Part shown: positions 53,291 to 64,000 of the stretch, in pieces
Position numbering within the stretch: position 1 is the first letter of the stretch
How the letters are laid out: the number at the start of each line of letters is the position of its first letter
Assembly: GCA_019358915.1 (NCBI GenBank)
Contig: JAHHIM010000005.1
Coordinates: 1 to 64,000, forward strand
DNA: 64,000 bases
Source: Trichormus sp. ATA11-4-KO1
GTDB taxonomy: Bacteria > Cyanobacteriota > Cyanobacteriia > Cyanobacteriales > Nostocaceae
Direction of reading: 5' to 3'
Made by a program: the position numbers and the translations under genes
The notes under the pieces: model-generated
The model's database searches: none
Seen by the model: the letters and a program-made list of their open reading frames with translations, nothing else
What the model was told of the DNA's origin: nothing

Positions 53291-54046
53291 ATGGTTCTAC
53301 AAGTTCACCCTACTCAAAAAACTCAAAAAGAACTAAATATTACTTGGGAGGCACTTCCAGCCGACTACATTTTACCTGACGAGCCAGTGGAAAATATTCA
53401 ACAACCACCTTTAGCCGCAGCGCTTACCGATGCTTTGGGAGCAACAAAACGTATTCAACCTCAAATGCTAATTGGCTCTAATTTTGGACTGGTAGCCACA
53501 GTTAATAAAAAAATTGTTGTCAAAGCACCTGATTGGTTTTATGTCCCTCAAGTGCAGCCTATAGCCGCAGGTGTAATTCGCCGTAGTTATACCCCAAATT
53601 TAGAAGGCGATGCGGTTGCTGTAGTCATGGAATTTTTGTCAGATACAGATAATGGAGAACTATCAGTCCGGTCAACTCCACCCTATGGCAAACTCTATTT
53701 TTATGAACATATTCTCAAGGTTCCCACTTACGTTACATACGACCCCTACGAACCAAGTTTAGAGGTGCGGTGTTTGCAGAATGGTCAATATAGTTTGCTG
53801 TCAGCAAATACCAATGGACGTTTCTGGATTCCTGAGTTAGAGCTATTTCTAGGAATCTGGCAGGGTGAAAGACTATGCCAAACTATGAATTGGCTGCGGT
53901 GGTGGGATCAAGCAGGAAATTTACTTTTGTGGAGTCAAGAACAAGCGGAACAGGAACGCCAACGCGCGGAACAGGAACACCAACGCGCGGAAATATTAGC
54001 CGCTAAGTTACGTGAGTTAGGTGTTGACCCTGAGGCGATCGCTTAA
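53291..54046 (+). CDS. Uma2/DUF820 family putative endonuclease
   Basis: KAPDWF, VMEFLS, KLYFYE, WLRWWD, QRAEQE repeats, LRELGVDP. Confidence 0.88.
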   Translation: MVLQVHPTQKTQKELNITWEALPADYILPDEPVENIQQPPLAAALTDALGATKRIQPQMLIGSNFGLVATVNKKIVVKAPDWFYVPQVQPIAAGVIRRSYTPNLEGDAVAVVMEFLSDTDNGELSVRSTPPYGKLYFYEHILKVPTYVTYDPYEPSLEVRCLQNGQYSLLSANTNGRFWIPELELFLGIWQGERLCQTMNWLRWWDQAGNLLLWSQEQAEQERQRAEQEHQRAEILAAKLRELGVDPEAIA

Positions 54047-54084
54047 ATAACTTCCGCATAAATCTTTTGGTAAATCTTGAATAT

Positions 54085-55590
54085 ATGCACTTACTTGATC
54101 TTTTAGCCGGAGAAAACAATCATCCATCTTTGGGCACACCGGATCAACCGACTCTCACCTATCAGCAACTACGAGAAAATATAATTTCCTTGGTTTCCCA
54201 GTTAAACAGCTTTGGTTTGGGTCGAGGAGACAGAATCGCCATTGCGATGGCTAACGGTTCGCCGATGGCAATTACATTTCTTGCAGCTGCTATGTGTGGT
54301 GGTACTGCTGCACCCCTCAATCCCAAATACAAGCAAGATGAATTTGCTTTTTACTACGAAGACTTGCAAGCCAAAGCATTAATTACCTTACCGGGAACTC
54401 AAGAGGCGGCTATAGCAGCGACTACACCCGATATGCTGTTAATCAACGCCGTAACGAATTCTGACGGCACATTAAGGTTAGAATTGCACCGAGGGACTCC
54501 TCAACAGCCAAAAAATCCTCATTTTTCCTTCCCGAATGCTGATGATGTGGCAATTATTCTGCATACCAGTGGTACCACCAGCCGCCCTAAACGAGTTCCC
54601 ATTCGACACCGTAATTTGATCGCTTCTGCCCACAATATCATCGGTGTCTATAACCTCACAGCCAACGACATTAATTTATGTCTCATGCCGTTGTTTCACA
54701 TTCATGGATTAGTGGGATGTCTGCTGGCAACTTTAGCATCAGGAGGGACATTCATCTGTCCTAGTGGGTTTAATGCGTTGGAATTTTGGAAATTAGTTGA
54801 ACAGTACAAACCGACTTGGTACTCTGCTGCACCCACTATGCACCAAATGATTCTCGCTAGAGCCAGTCGTAATCAAGATATTATCAAAGCTAATACATTC
54901 CGCTTCATTCGTTCTAGTAGCGCGCCTCTACCACCAGTAATTATTGAACAAATGGAATCAGTTCTGAATGCACCAGTGGTGGAATCTTACAGTATGACTG
55001 AAGCTGCACACATGATGACTTCTAATCCCTTACCGCCCCAAGTGCGTAAACCAGGTAGTGTCGGCTATGGTTTTGGGGTAGAAGTGGGAATTATGGATGA
55101 GGATGGCAATTTGCTTCCGCAAGGTAGTCTCGGTGAAGTAGTAGTGAAGGGAGCAAATGTTGTTGATGGCTACGAAAATAACCCCCAGGCCAACACCACA
55201 GCTTTTGTTAACGGCTGGTTTCGGACTGGTGATCAAGGTAAGTTAGATGCAGATGGTTATCTTTACCTCACAGGCAGAATTAAAGAACTAATTAATCGCG
55301 GTGGTGAAAAAATATCGCCTTTGGAAGTAGATAATTTGTTGCTGCGTCATCCTGCTGTGGCTGAAGCTTTAGCGTTTGCTGTACCTCACAAATCCCTAGG
55401 GGAAGAAATTCATGCTGCTGTTGTCCTCCAGGGTAAAACTAATGAACAAGAGTTAAAATCTTACTGCTCAAATCTCTTGGCAGAGTTCAAAGTACCTAAG
55501 CAAATTCATATTTTAGAAGCATTACCCCGTGGCGCTACTGGGAAATTACAACGGCTGAATATGGCGAAGTTATTGAATTTGGGGAAATAG
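54085..55590 (+). CDS. Acyl-CoA ligase, probable oxalate-CoA ligase (AAE3/Pcs60-like)
   Basis: LHTSGTTSRPK, MPLFHIHGL, TWYSAAPTMHQ, RFIRSSSAPL, YSMTEAAHMMTSNPLP, KPGSVG, TGKLQR. Confidence 0.8.
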   Translation: MHLLDLLAGENNHPSLGTPDQPTLTYQQLRENIISLVSQLNSFGLGRGDRIAIAMANGSPMAITFLAAAMCGGTAAPLNPKYKQDEFAFYYEDLQAKALITLPGTQEAAIAATTPDMLLINAVTNSDGTLRLELHRGTPQQPKNPHFSFPNADDVAIILHTSGTTSRPKRVPIRHRNLIASAHNIIGVYNLTANDINLCLMPLFHIHGLVGCLLATLASGGTFICPSGFNALEFWKLVEQYKPTWYSAAPTMHQMILARASRNQDIIKANTFRFIRSSSAPLPPVIIEQMESVLNAPVVESYSMTEAAHMMTSNPLPPQVRKPGSVGYGFGVEVGIMDEDGNLLPQGSLGEVVVKGANVVDGYENNPQANTTAFVNGWFRTGDQGKLDADGYLYLTGRIKELINRGGEKISPLEVDNLLLRHPAVAEALAFAVPHKSLGEEIHAAVVLQGKTNEQELKSYCSNLLAEFKVPKQIHILEALPRGATGKLQRLNMAKLLNLGK

Positions 55591-55618
55591 GTACTAGGGA
55601 CTGGGAATTACGAATTAT

Positions 55619-56605
55619 ATGAAAATTTGTATTGTAGGTGCAGGTGCTATCGGCGGTTATTTGGGGGGTAAACTTTCCCTGGCTGGAGAGGACGTGACTT
55701 TAATTGCTCGTGGTCAGCATTTGCAGGCTATTCAAAGCAAGGGACTGGAGCTAATTATGGCAGATGGGTCAAGTCAAGTGGTGACTCCATCTCTGGCGAC
55801 TAGTGATATCACTGAGGCTGGTGTGCAAGATGTGGTAGTTCTGGCTGTGAAGGCTCAGAGTTTACCTGCGATCGCTCCTTTGTTATCATCGCTTTACAAC
55901 CCCCATACAATGGTTGTCACTGCCCAAAATGGTATTCCTTGGTGGTATTTCTACAAACATGGTGGTGAATATGCAGGACAGCAAATTCATGCTGTTGACC
56001 CAGATAATACAATTGCTGCTCATATTGGAGTAAATCGGGTAATTGGTTGTGTAATTTACCCAGCGACAACCTTGACAGACCCTGGAGTCATTCGACATAT
56101 TGAAGGCGATCGCTTTAGTTTGGGAGAAATCGACAACTCCAAAACTGAACGCATTCAACAACTTGCCCAAAGCTTCAAATGTGCAGGATTTAAAGCCCCC
56201 ATCAGGACTCAAATTCGTACAGAAATTTGGATCAAGCTCTGGGGAAACTTAGCATTTAATCCTATTAGCGCCTTGACTCGCGCCACTTTAGAGCAAATTT
56301 GTCAGTATCCCTTAACCCGCAACCTGGCAAAGCAGATGATGACTGAAGCCCAAATGATTGCTGAGAAACTGGGCATTGAATTTGGCATCTCTTTAGAACA
56401 GCGTATCAATGGAGCAGAAAAAGTTGGCGCTCACAAAACCTCTATGCTGCAAGATATCGAAGCAGGTCGTCCTACAGAAGTGGAAGCTATTCTAGGGGCA
56501 GTAATTGAACTAGGCAGATTAACTCAGATTCCTACGCCTTACATGGATACAGTCTATGCTAATGTCAAGTTATTAGAAAATATATTGGTGAAAATCGGCG
56601 AATAG
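55619..56605 (+). CDS. Ketopantoate reductase family protein (PanE2 / oxalyl-CoA reductase-like subfamily)
   Basis: GAGAIGG, QNGIPWWYF..GG..AVDPD insertion, IWIKLWGNLAFNPISAL, HKTSMLQD. Confidence 0.85.
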   Translation: MKICIVGAGAIGGYLGGKLSLAGEDVTLIARGQHLQAIQSKGLELIMADGSSQVVTPSLATSDITEAGVQDVVVLAVKAQSLPAIAPLLSSLYNPHTMVVTAQNGIPWWYFYKHGGEYAGQQIHAVDPDNTIAAHIGVNRVIGCVIYPATTLTDPGVIRHIEGDRFSLGEIDNSKTERIQQLAQSFKCAGFKAPIRTQIRTEIWIKLWGNLAFNPISALTRATLEQICQYPLTRNLAKQMMTEAQMIAEKLGIEFGISLEQRINGAEKVGAHKTSMLQDIEAGRPTEVEAILGAVIELGRLTQIPTPYMDTVYANVKLLENILVKIGE

Positions 56606-56948
56606 CACAATCCAAAAAATTTCGCAAGTAAAAAAACTCTATCCCCACGTCCAACTCCCTAACGCCACATGGCAGTAACTCTGAACTATTAATAAAATAT
56701 ATGGGTTTTTCGCGCTATTCTTGGTTTATATTTACCGGAAGGTGGCACAAATAACCACTCATTCTCAAATACCAGGGGACAGCGCCAGACTATCTCTGCA
56801 ATTGATACTTTGTACCACTATCACGAGACGTGAGTGAGGACGAGGTTGATATTAAAACAAATACTTTTTGCTGAATTGCCACAGATAAGGACTAAACTAA
56901 AAAGTCTTGTGCAGCAAAACCTGTAACTTTAAAAGAAATGAAGTAATC

Positions 56949-58529
56949 ATGTCTAAGGTTCTCGTCTCCGATCCTATTGACCAAGCTGGAATTGACATTC
57001 TCTCCCAAGTTGCCACTGTAGATGTCAAAACAGGTCTAAAACCAGCAGAACTGATAGAAATTATCGGTGATTATGACGCACTGATGATTCGTTCTGGTAC
57101 GCGCGTTACACAAGAAATTATTGATGCTGGCACTCAGTTAAAAATTATTGGTCGTGCCGGTGTAGGTGTGGATAATGTGGATGTTCCCGCAGCCACTCGC
57201 CGAGGAATTGTTGTTGTCAATTCACCAGAAGGTAACACCATCGCCGCCGCCGAACACGCTTTGGCAATGATGTTGTCCTTATCTCGTCACATCCCTGATG
57301 CTAACGCTTCAGTCAAACGCGGTGAGTGGGATCGCAAAAGCTTTGTGGGTGCGGAAGTCTATAAAAAAACTTTGGGAATTGTTGGCTTAGGTAAAATTGG
57401 CTCCCACGTTGCTACTGTGGCGAAAGCAATGGGGATGAAATTACTAGCTTACGATCCCTTTATTTCCACAGAACGAGCAGAACAAATTGGCTGTCAGTTA
57501 GTAGATATGGATTTACTAATGCAGCAAGCAGACTATATTACACTGCACATCCCTAAAACTCCAGAGACTACCCACTTAATCAACGCCACCTCCCTGGCAA
57601 AAATGAAACCCACAGCCAGGATTATTAACTGCGCTCGTGGTGGCATTATTGATGAAGCAGCGTTAGCAGCAGCGATTAAAGAAGGTAAAATTCTGGGTGC
57701 AGCTTTAGATGTGTTCGAGTCAGAACCACTAGGCGAATCTGATTTGCGATCACTCGGTAAAGAAGTCATCCTCACCCCGCATTTGGGAGCCTCAACAACA
57801 GAAGCTCAAGTGAATGTAGCCATTGACGTAGCTGAACAAATTCGCGATGTCATCTTAGGATTACCCGCACGTTCAGCCGTCAATATTCCTGGACTCGGCC
57901 CTGACGTGCTAGAAGAACTCAAACCCTACATGCAACTAGCCGAAACCTTGGGTAAGTTAGTAGGACAGTTAGCAGGGGGACGAGTCGAATTACTCAACGT
58001 CCGACTACAAGGTGACTTGGCAACCAACAAAAGTCAACCTTTAGTGGTAGCATCTCTCAAAGGACTACTTTACCAAGCCCTACGGGAAAGAGTAAATTAT
58101 GTCAACGCCAGCATAGAAGCGAAAGAACGGGGAATCAGGGTAATTGAAACCCGCGACGCCTCAGCCCGTGACTACGCCGGCTCACTGCACCTAGAAGCTA
58201 CAGGTACTTTAGGTACTCACTCTGTCACAGGTGCTTTGTTAGGCGATAAAGAAATTCACCTTACCGACGTTGACGGTTTCCCCATTAACGTCCCCCCCAG
58301 CAAATATATGCTGTTTACCCTGCACCGGGATATGCCAGGAATTATTGGCAAACTCGGTTCCTTGCTCGGCAGTTTTAATGTCAACATTGCCAGTATGCAG
58401 GTAGGCCGTAAAATTGTCCGTGGCGATGCAGTCATGGCTTTGAGTATCGATGACCCCTTACCCGATGGCATTTTGGCTGAAATTACCAAAGTACCGGGAA
58501 TTCGAGATGCGTACACAGTAACTCTGTAA
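56949..58529 (+). CDS. serA: D-3-phosphoglycerate dehydrogenase
   Basis: GRAGVGVDN, GLGKIG, NCARGG, TPHLGAST, C-terminal ACT domain. Confidence 0.96.
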   Translation: MSKVLVSDPIDQAGIDILSQVATVDVKTGLKPAELIEIIGDYDALMIRSGTRVTQEIIDAGTQLKIIGRAGVGVDNVDVPAATRRGIVVVNSPEGNTIAAAEHALAMMLSLSRHIPDANASVKRGEWDRKSFVGAEVYKKTLGIVGLGKIGSHVATVAKAMGMKLLAYDPFISTERAEQIGCQLVDMDLLMQQADYITLHIPKTPETTHLINATSLAKMKPTARIINCARGGIIDEAALAAAIKEGKILGAALDVFESEPLGESDLRSLGKEVILTPHLGASTTEAQVNVAIDVAEQIRDVILGLPARSAVNIPGLGPDVLEELKPYMQLAETLGKLVGQLAGGRVELLNVRLQGDLATNKSQPLVVASLKGLLYQALRERVNYVNASIEAKERGIRVIETRDASARDYAGSLHLEATGTLGTHSVTGALLGDKEIHLTDVDGFPINVPPSKYMLFTLHRDMPGIIGKLGSLLGSFNVNIASMQVGRKIVRGDAVMALSIDDPLPDGILAEITKVPGIRDAYTVTL

Positions 58530-58594
58530 AATGAAAAATTAAAGATTAAAAATGAAAATTGTCTTCATTTTTAATTTTTAATTTTTAATTACTT

Positions 58595-59515
58595 ATGGCA
58601 AACACCTGGTGGGAATTACAGATTTTATGTGAACCAGCGCTAGAAGATTCTGTCTTTTGGCGACTGGAAGATTTTGGCAGTCGTGGTACAGCGAGTGAAA
58701 CTAAAGGTAACTCCTGTTTAGTAAAAGCTTACCTGCCGAGATTTCAAGCACAGCTACTAGATTTGGCGGCGCTGTCGTTGTGGTTGCGTCAAGATGCCCT
58801 TTGTGTAGGATTATCCGTTCCTACCCTGCACTGGGGATTAATTGATGAAGAAGATTGGTCTACTAGCTGGAAACAGTACTGGAAACCTGAAGAAATAGGC
58901 GATCGCTTCCTGATTAACCCTGCATGGCTACCCTTACCAGAAGCATCAGAACGGTTGGTAATCCGTCTTGATCCCGGTGTAGCATTTGGTACAGGGAATC
59001 ATGCCACAACCCAATTGTGTTTGGCATCTTTAGAAATGCGGCTGAGTGAATTACCTCAATCTTTTGCTGGTACAGGTAACAAACACGAACCTCTAATAAT
59101 TGCGGATATTGGTTGTGGTTCCGGTATACTTTCCGTTGGTGCTGTATTACTAGGGGCAGAGAAAGTCTATGCAGTCGATACTGACCCCTTAGCCGTACAA
59201 TCGACCTTTAGCAATCGCGCTTTGAACGATATTAGTCCAGAACGCCTGATCCCAGCAGAAGGCAGTGTAGATATTTTAACGAAACTGGTAAAAAAACCAG
59301 TAGATGGTATCGTCTGCAATATTTTAGCTGACGTGATTATTCAGTTAATTCCCGAAATGAGTGCGATCGCTAAACCCAGTACTTGGGCAATTTTTAGCGG
59401 GATTTTACTAGAACAATCCAAAGCTGTTGCTGATGCGCTAGAACAAAATGGTTGGGTGGTTGCTACCCTCTGGAAACGGAAAGAATGGTGTTGCTTGAAT
59501 GCGCGGCGTTCTTAA
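58595..59515 (+). CDS. prmA: Ribosomal protein L11 methyltransferase
   Basis: [33 protein letters not shown]. Confidence 0.95.
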   Translation: MANTWWELQILCEPALEDSVFWRLEDFGSRGTASETKGNSCLVKAYLPRFQAQLLDLAALSLWLRQDALCVGLSVPTLHWGLIDEEDWSTSWKQYWKPEEIGDRFLINPAWLPLPEASERLVIRLDPGVAFGTGNHATTQLCLASLEMRLSELPQSFAGTGNKHEPLIIADIGCGSGILSVGAVLLGAEKVYAVDTDPLAVQSTFSNRALNDISPERLIPAEGSVDILTKLVKKPVDGIVCNILADVIIQLIPEMSAIAKPSTWAIFSGILLEQSKAVADALEQNGWVVATLWKRKEWCCLNARRS

Positions 59516-59638
59516 GTATAAATTGCATAATCAATTTGTGTATCTCAATTCTCCTAATAACTTATGCCTGCAAAAATATCGAAAGAACAATATTTTTGTT
59601 AACAATAATTGACAAAAACAATAGATAAATGATAATAC

Positions 59639-59872
59639 TTTGAAATTGTAGAAAAGGATGATCAAAGGACATTTGCTGATGCACAATCATCTCGAAGATA
59701 TACTCTTATTAATACTTTTATTATTTTAATATTTTTTACATTTTTAACAACTTTTTTAGTCAATAAAGATGTAGAAATTTATAGAGAGTTACTAAAACTA
59801 CTAATTAAATTTGCGGGAGGGTTAGGGAGCGGCTTCGGCCTTAAAGGTTATTTAGACAGGAAAAACCAGTAG
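59639..59872 (+). pseudogene. Start-less fragment of a small membrane protein
   Basis: 77 open codons FEIVEKDDQRTF...FIILIFFTFLTTFLV...GGLGSGFGLKGYLDRKNQ*, preceded by in-frame stops. Confidence 0.4.
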
Positions 59873-59995
59873 CTTCATCTGAAAAATCCGAAAAAGAATA
59901 TGGAAGGCTCTCATGTAGATAATGATGAGAGCAAAATTTAATCTCTACATTATCGCGACAAAGTTAAGAGAACCTCCCAAATTAGTATTGGTAGT

Positions 59996-60313
59996 TTAAA
60001 TGAAATTTTGCAGATGTTGCACCAATTGAGGTGCTTGCATCACGCCTTCAATTTTATCCACAGGCTGACCCTGCTTAAACAGTACTAATGTTGGCAGGGC
60101 GGCAATTTGGTATTGACTTGCTAATTCAGCATACTTTTCCGTGTCAATCTTAACAATTCGCAAACGGTCTTTCAATTGGGCGTTAACTTGTTCTAAAATC
60201 GGCACCATCATCTGACAAGGGCCACACCAATCAGCATAGAAATCTACTAAAACAGGCACATCTGAACCAGATAACATCTCTTCAAAGCTATTGAATTGTT
60301 TTTTTGTAGTCAT
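59996..60313 (-). CDS. trxA: Thioredoxin (y-type like)
   Basis: VLVDFYADWCGPC, KIDTEKY, ALPTL. Confidence 0.9.
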   Translation of the reverse strand: MTTKKQFNSFEEMLSGSDVPVLVDFYADWCGPCQMMVPILEQVNAQLKDRLRIVKIDTEKYAELASQYQIAALPTLVLFKQGQPVDKIEGVMQAPQLVQHLQNFI

Positions 60314-60523
60314 GTGACACACACCAATTTACTGTTGATTGCTTTCAATGGTAATGCGTGCCTCAAAGAATCGGTGTAACATCATTTTGTTTTTATTGTT
60401 GCCTCATTTTGCACCTGATCCCAAAGGTATAGATGTCTGATGAACAGACAAATTACTTAAATTCTAGACACAAATCACCATAAGATCATGAGCGCGGTAA
60501 TTTGCAATCTTGAGGAAAATTAA

Positions 60524-61307
<784 letters not shown>

Positions 61308-61316
<9 letters not shown>

Positions 61317-62390
61317 ATGAAAGTTTCTTCTCCAGACAGTGAAGCCTAAAAGAAAGATGATGCTGATGGCAGTGGCGATAATCACCATCCCAGTCATCCC
61401 TTGTATTCTCATGGCCAGCAAATTAAAAACTAAAGTGATTGCCCAAAGGGTTAATGCGGCATGAGGCTGGGAAAATCCCCAAGCGAGTAAACGGTGGTGT
61501 AGATGGTCTTTACCGGGGGTACTGAGAGGGTTTTTACCTGCCAATAATCTGCGGACAAACACTTGTGTCGTGTCCAGCACTGGCAACAATAAGAACAACA
61601 CCGTGGGGCCAAGGGCAAAGATTGTACTTTCTTGCAGGTTACCTAAAATACTGGTTGCAGCCAGCACATAACCAAAAAAGTATGCTCCAGCATCACCCAT
61701 GATGATTCGTGAGGGGTGGAAGTTATGGCGCAAAAAGCCTAACGCACCACCCCCTAAAGCTGCCAGCACTAAAATAGCTGCTGCTCGATTGGGAAATTGG
61801 GCAGCTACCCCTAACAAACTCATAGCAGTAATAAAACTGACTCCCCCCGCTAATCCATCCATACCATCCATCAAGTTGATGGCATTGGTGATCCCTACTA
61901 CCCAAAGTACAGTCACCGACATTGACAGCAGCGAGTCAATAGGTGTATTAAAACCAACCTCGATGCTGATGCCATTAGCAAACAGCAACAATGCCGTGAC
62001 AATTTGTGCCCACAACCGAACAGAGGGGGGTAAACCGAACTGATCATCGATAAAACCGACAAGCACTAGGATGGAACCTCCTAGTAGAATAGTTAGCACC
62101 TGAGCTAACACGTTTTGCAGGGCGATAGGTCGCAAAAGGCTAGCTAGTACCATTGCGGCAATTACTCCCGCATAGATAGCTAGACCCCCTGCATTTGGCA
62201 AAGGTTCTCGATTGAGTCTGCGTGCATTTGGTTGGTCAGCCCAACCTACACGCAGGGCGAATTTGCGGACTGTGGGAATTAAACGCCACGTTACCAGCCA
62301 AGCTAAGAGAAACGTGCCTACTACTGCCAACCAGCCGGTGCCGCTAGGGTCGGCAATGCCGAGGGACTTAAGGAAGTTGTCTAGGTTCAT
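61308..62390 (-). CDS. Glycosyltransferase family 4 (WecA/TagO-like)
   Basis: GFIDD, NAINLMDGMDGL, IMGDAG, DHLHHRL. Confidence 0.9.
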
Positions 62391-62487
62391 CCCTCAATTC
62401 AACCATTACTGCCAGTCTCCTATATGAGGATCAACTGTATATTAATCAATTTTTTTTATTTACATTTATAATCTGAGCTTAGGGTGA

Positions 62488-62514
62488 TTAGCACTCTTGT
62501 CCTGTGAGTGCTAA
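62488..62514 (+). promoter_or_regulatory. CIRCE element (HrcA operator)
   Basis: Perfect TTAGCACTC-N9-GAGTGCTAA, 32 bp upstream of groEL. Confidence 0.95.
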
Positions 62515-62543
62515 ATTGTCTAATGGAAGCGCTAGAGAGATGA

Positions 62544-64000
<1,457 letters not shown>

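Noticed and set aside
56730..56800. Glycine riboswitch-like words upstream of serA
   Set aside because: Only scattered resemblance (CCGGAAGG, CTCA, GGAC); I could not build the core stems. An Rfam scan would settle it.

Overview
Chromosomal, mostly housekeeping 64 kb segment of a filamentous cyanobacterium, probably Nostocales. This rests on abundant HIP1 GCGATCGC, intergenic 7-bp tandem repeats (STRRs), and the rbcL-rbcX-rbcS layout. Core genes: CP12, cbiD, guaA, murJ, a GyrA/ParC-like subunit, hli, sigA, rbcLXS, panB, serA, prmA, thioredoxin, fabG, a WecA-like transferase, and a CIRCE-controlled groEL truncated at the window end. There is a general-stress cluster (dps, ChaB fusion, csbD, glsB, STAS, REC-PP2C) and several envelope proteins (SLH, fasciclin, LCP). 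No rRNA, tRNA or CRISPR array was seen. Main leads: (1) an AAE3/Pcs60-like oxalate-CoA ligase next to a PanE2-type reductase, suggesting an oxalate to oxalyl-CoA to glyoxylate module; (2) many 26-45 bp dispersed repeats inserted into STRRs, into a HIP1 site, and into copies of themselves; (3) two shared promoter motifs, a paired ATGAC-N4-GTCAT box and a 17-bp motif upstream of stress genes; (4) a MITE and several unannotated gene remnants. All product calls come from motif recognition by eye, without database searches. Where an ORF began at a doubtful upstream codon, the likelier start is given.
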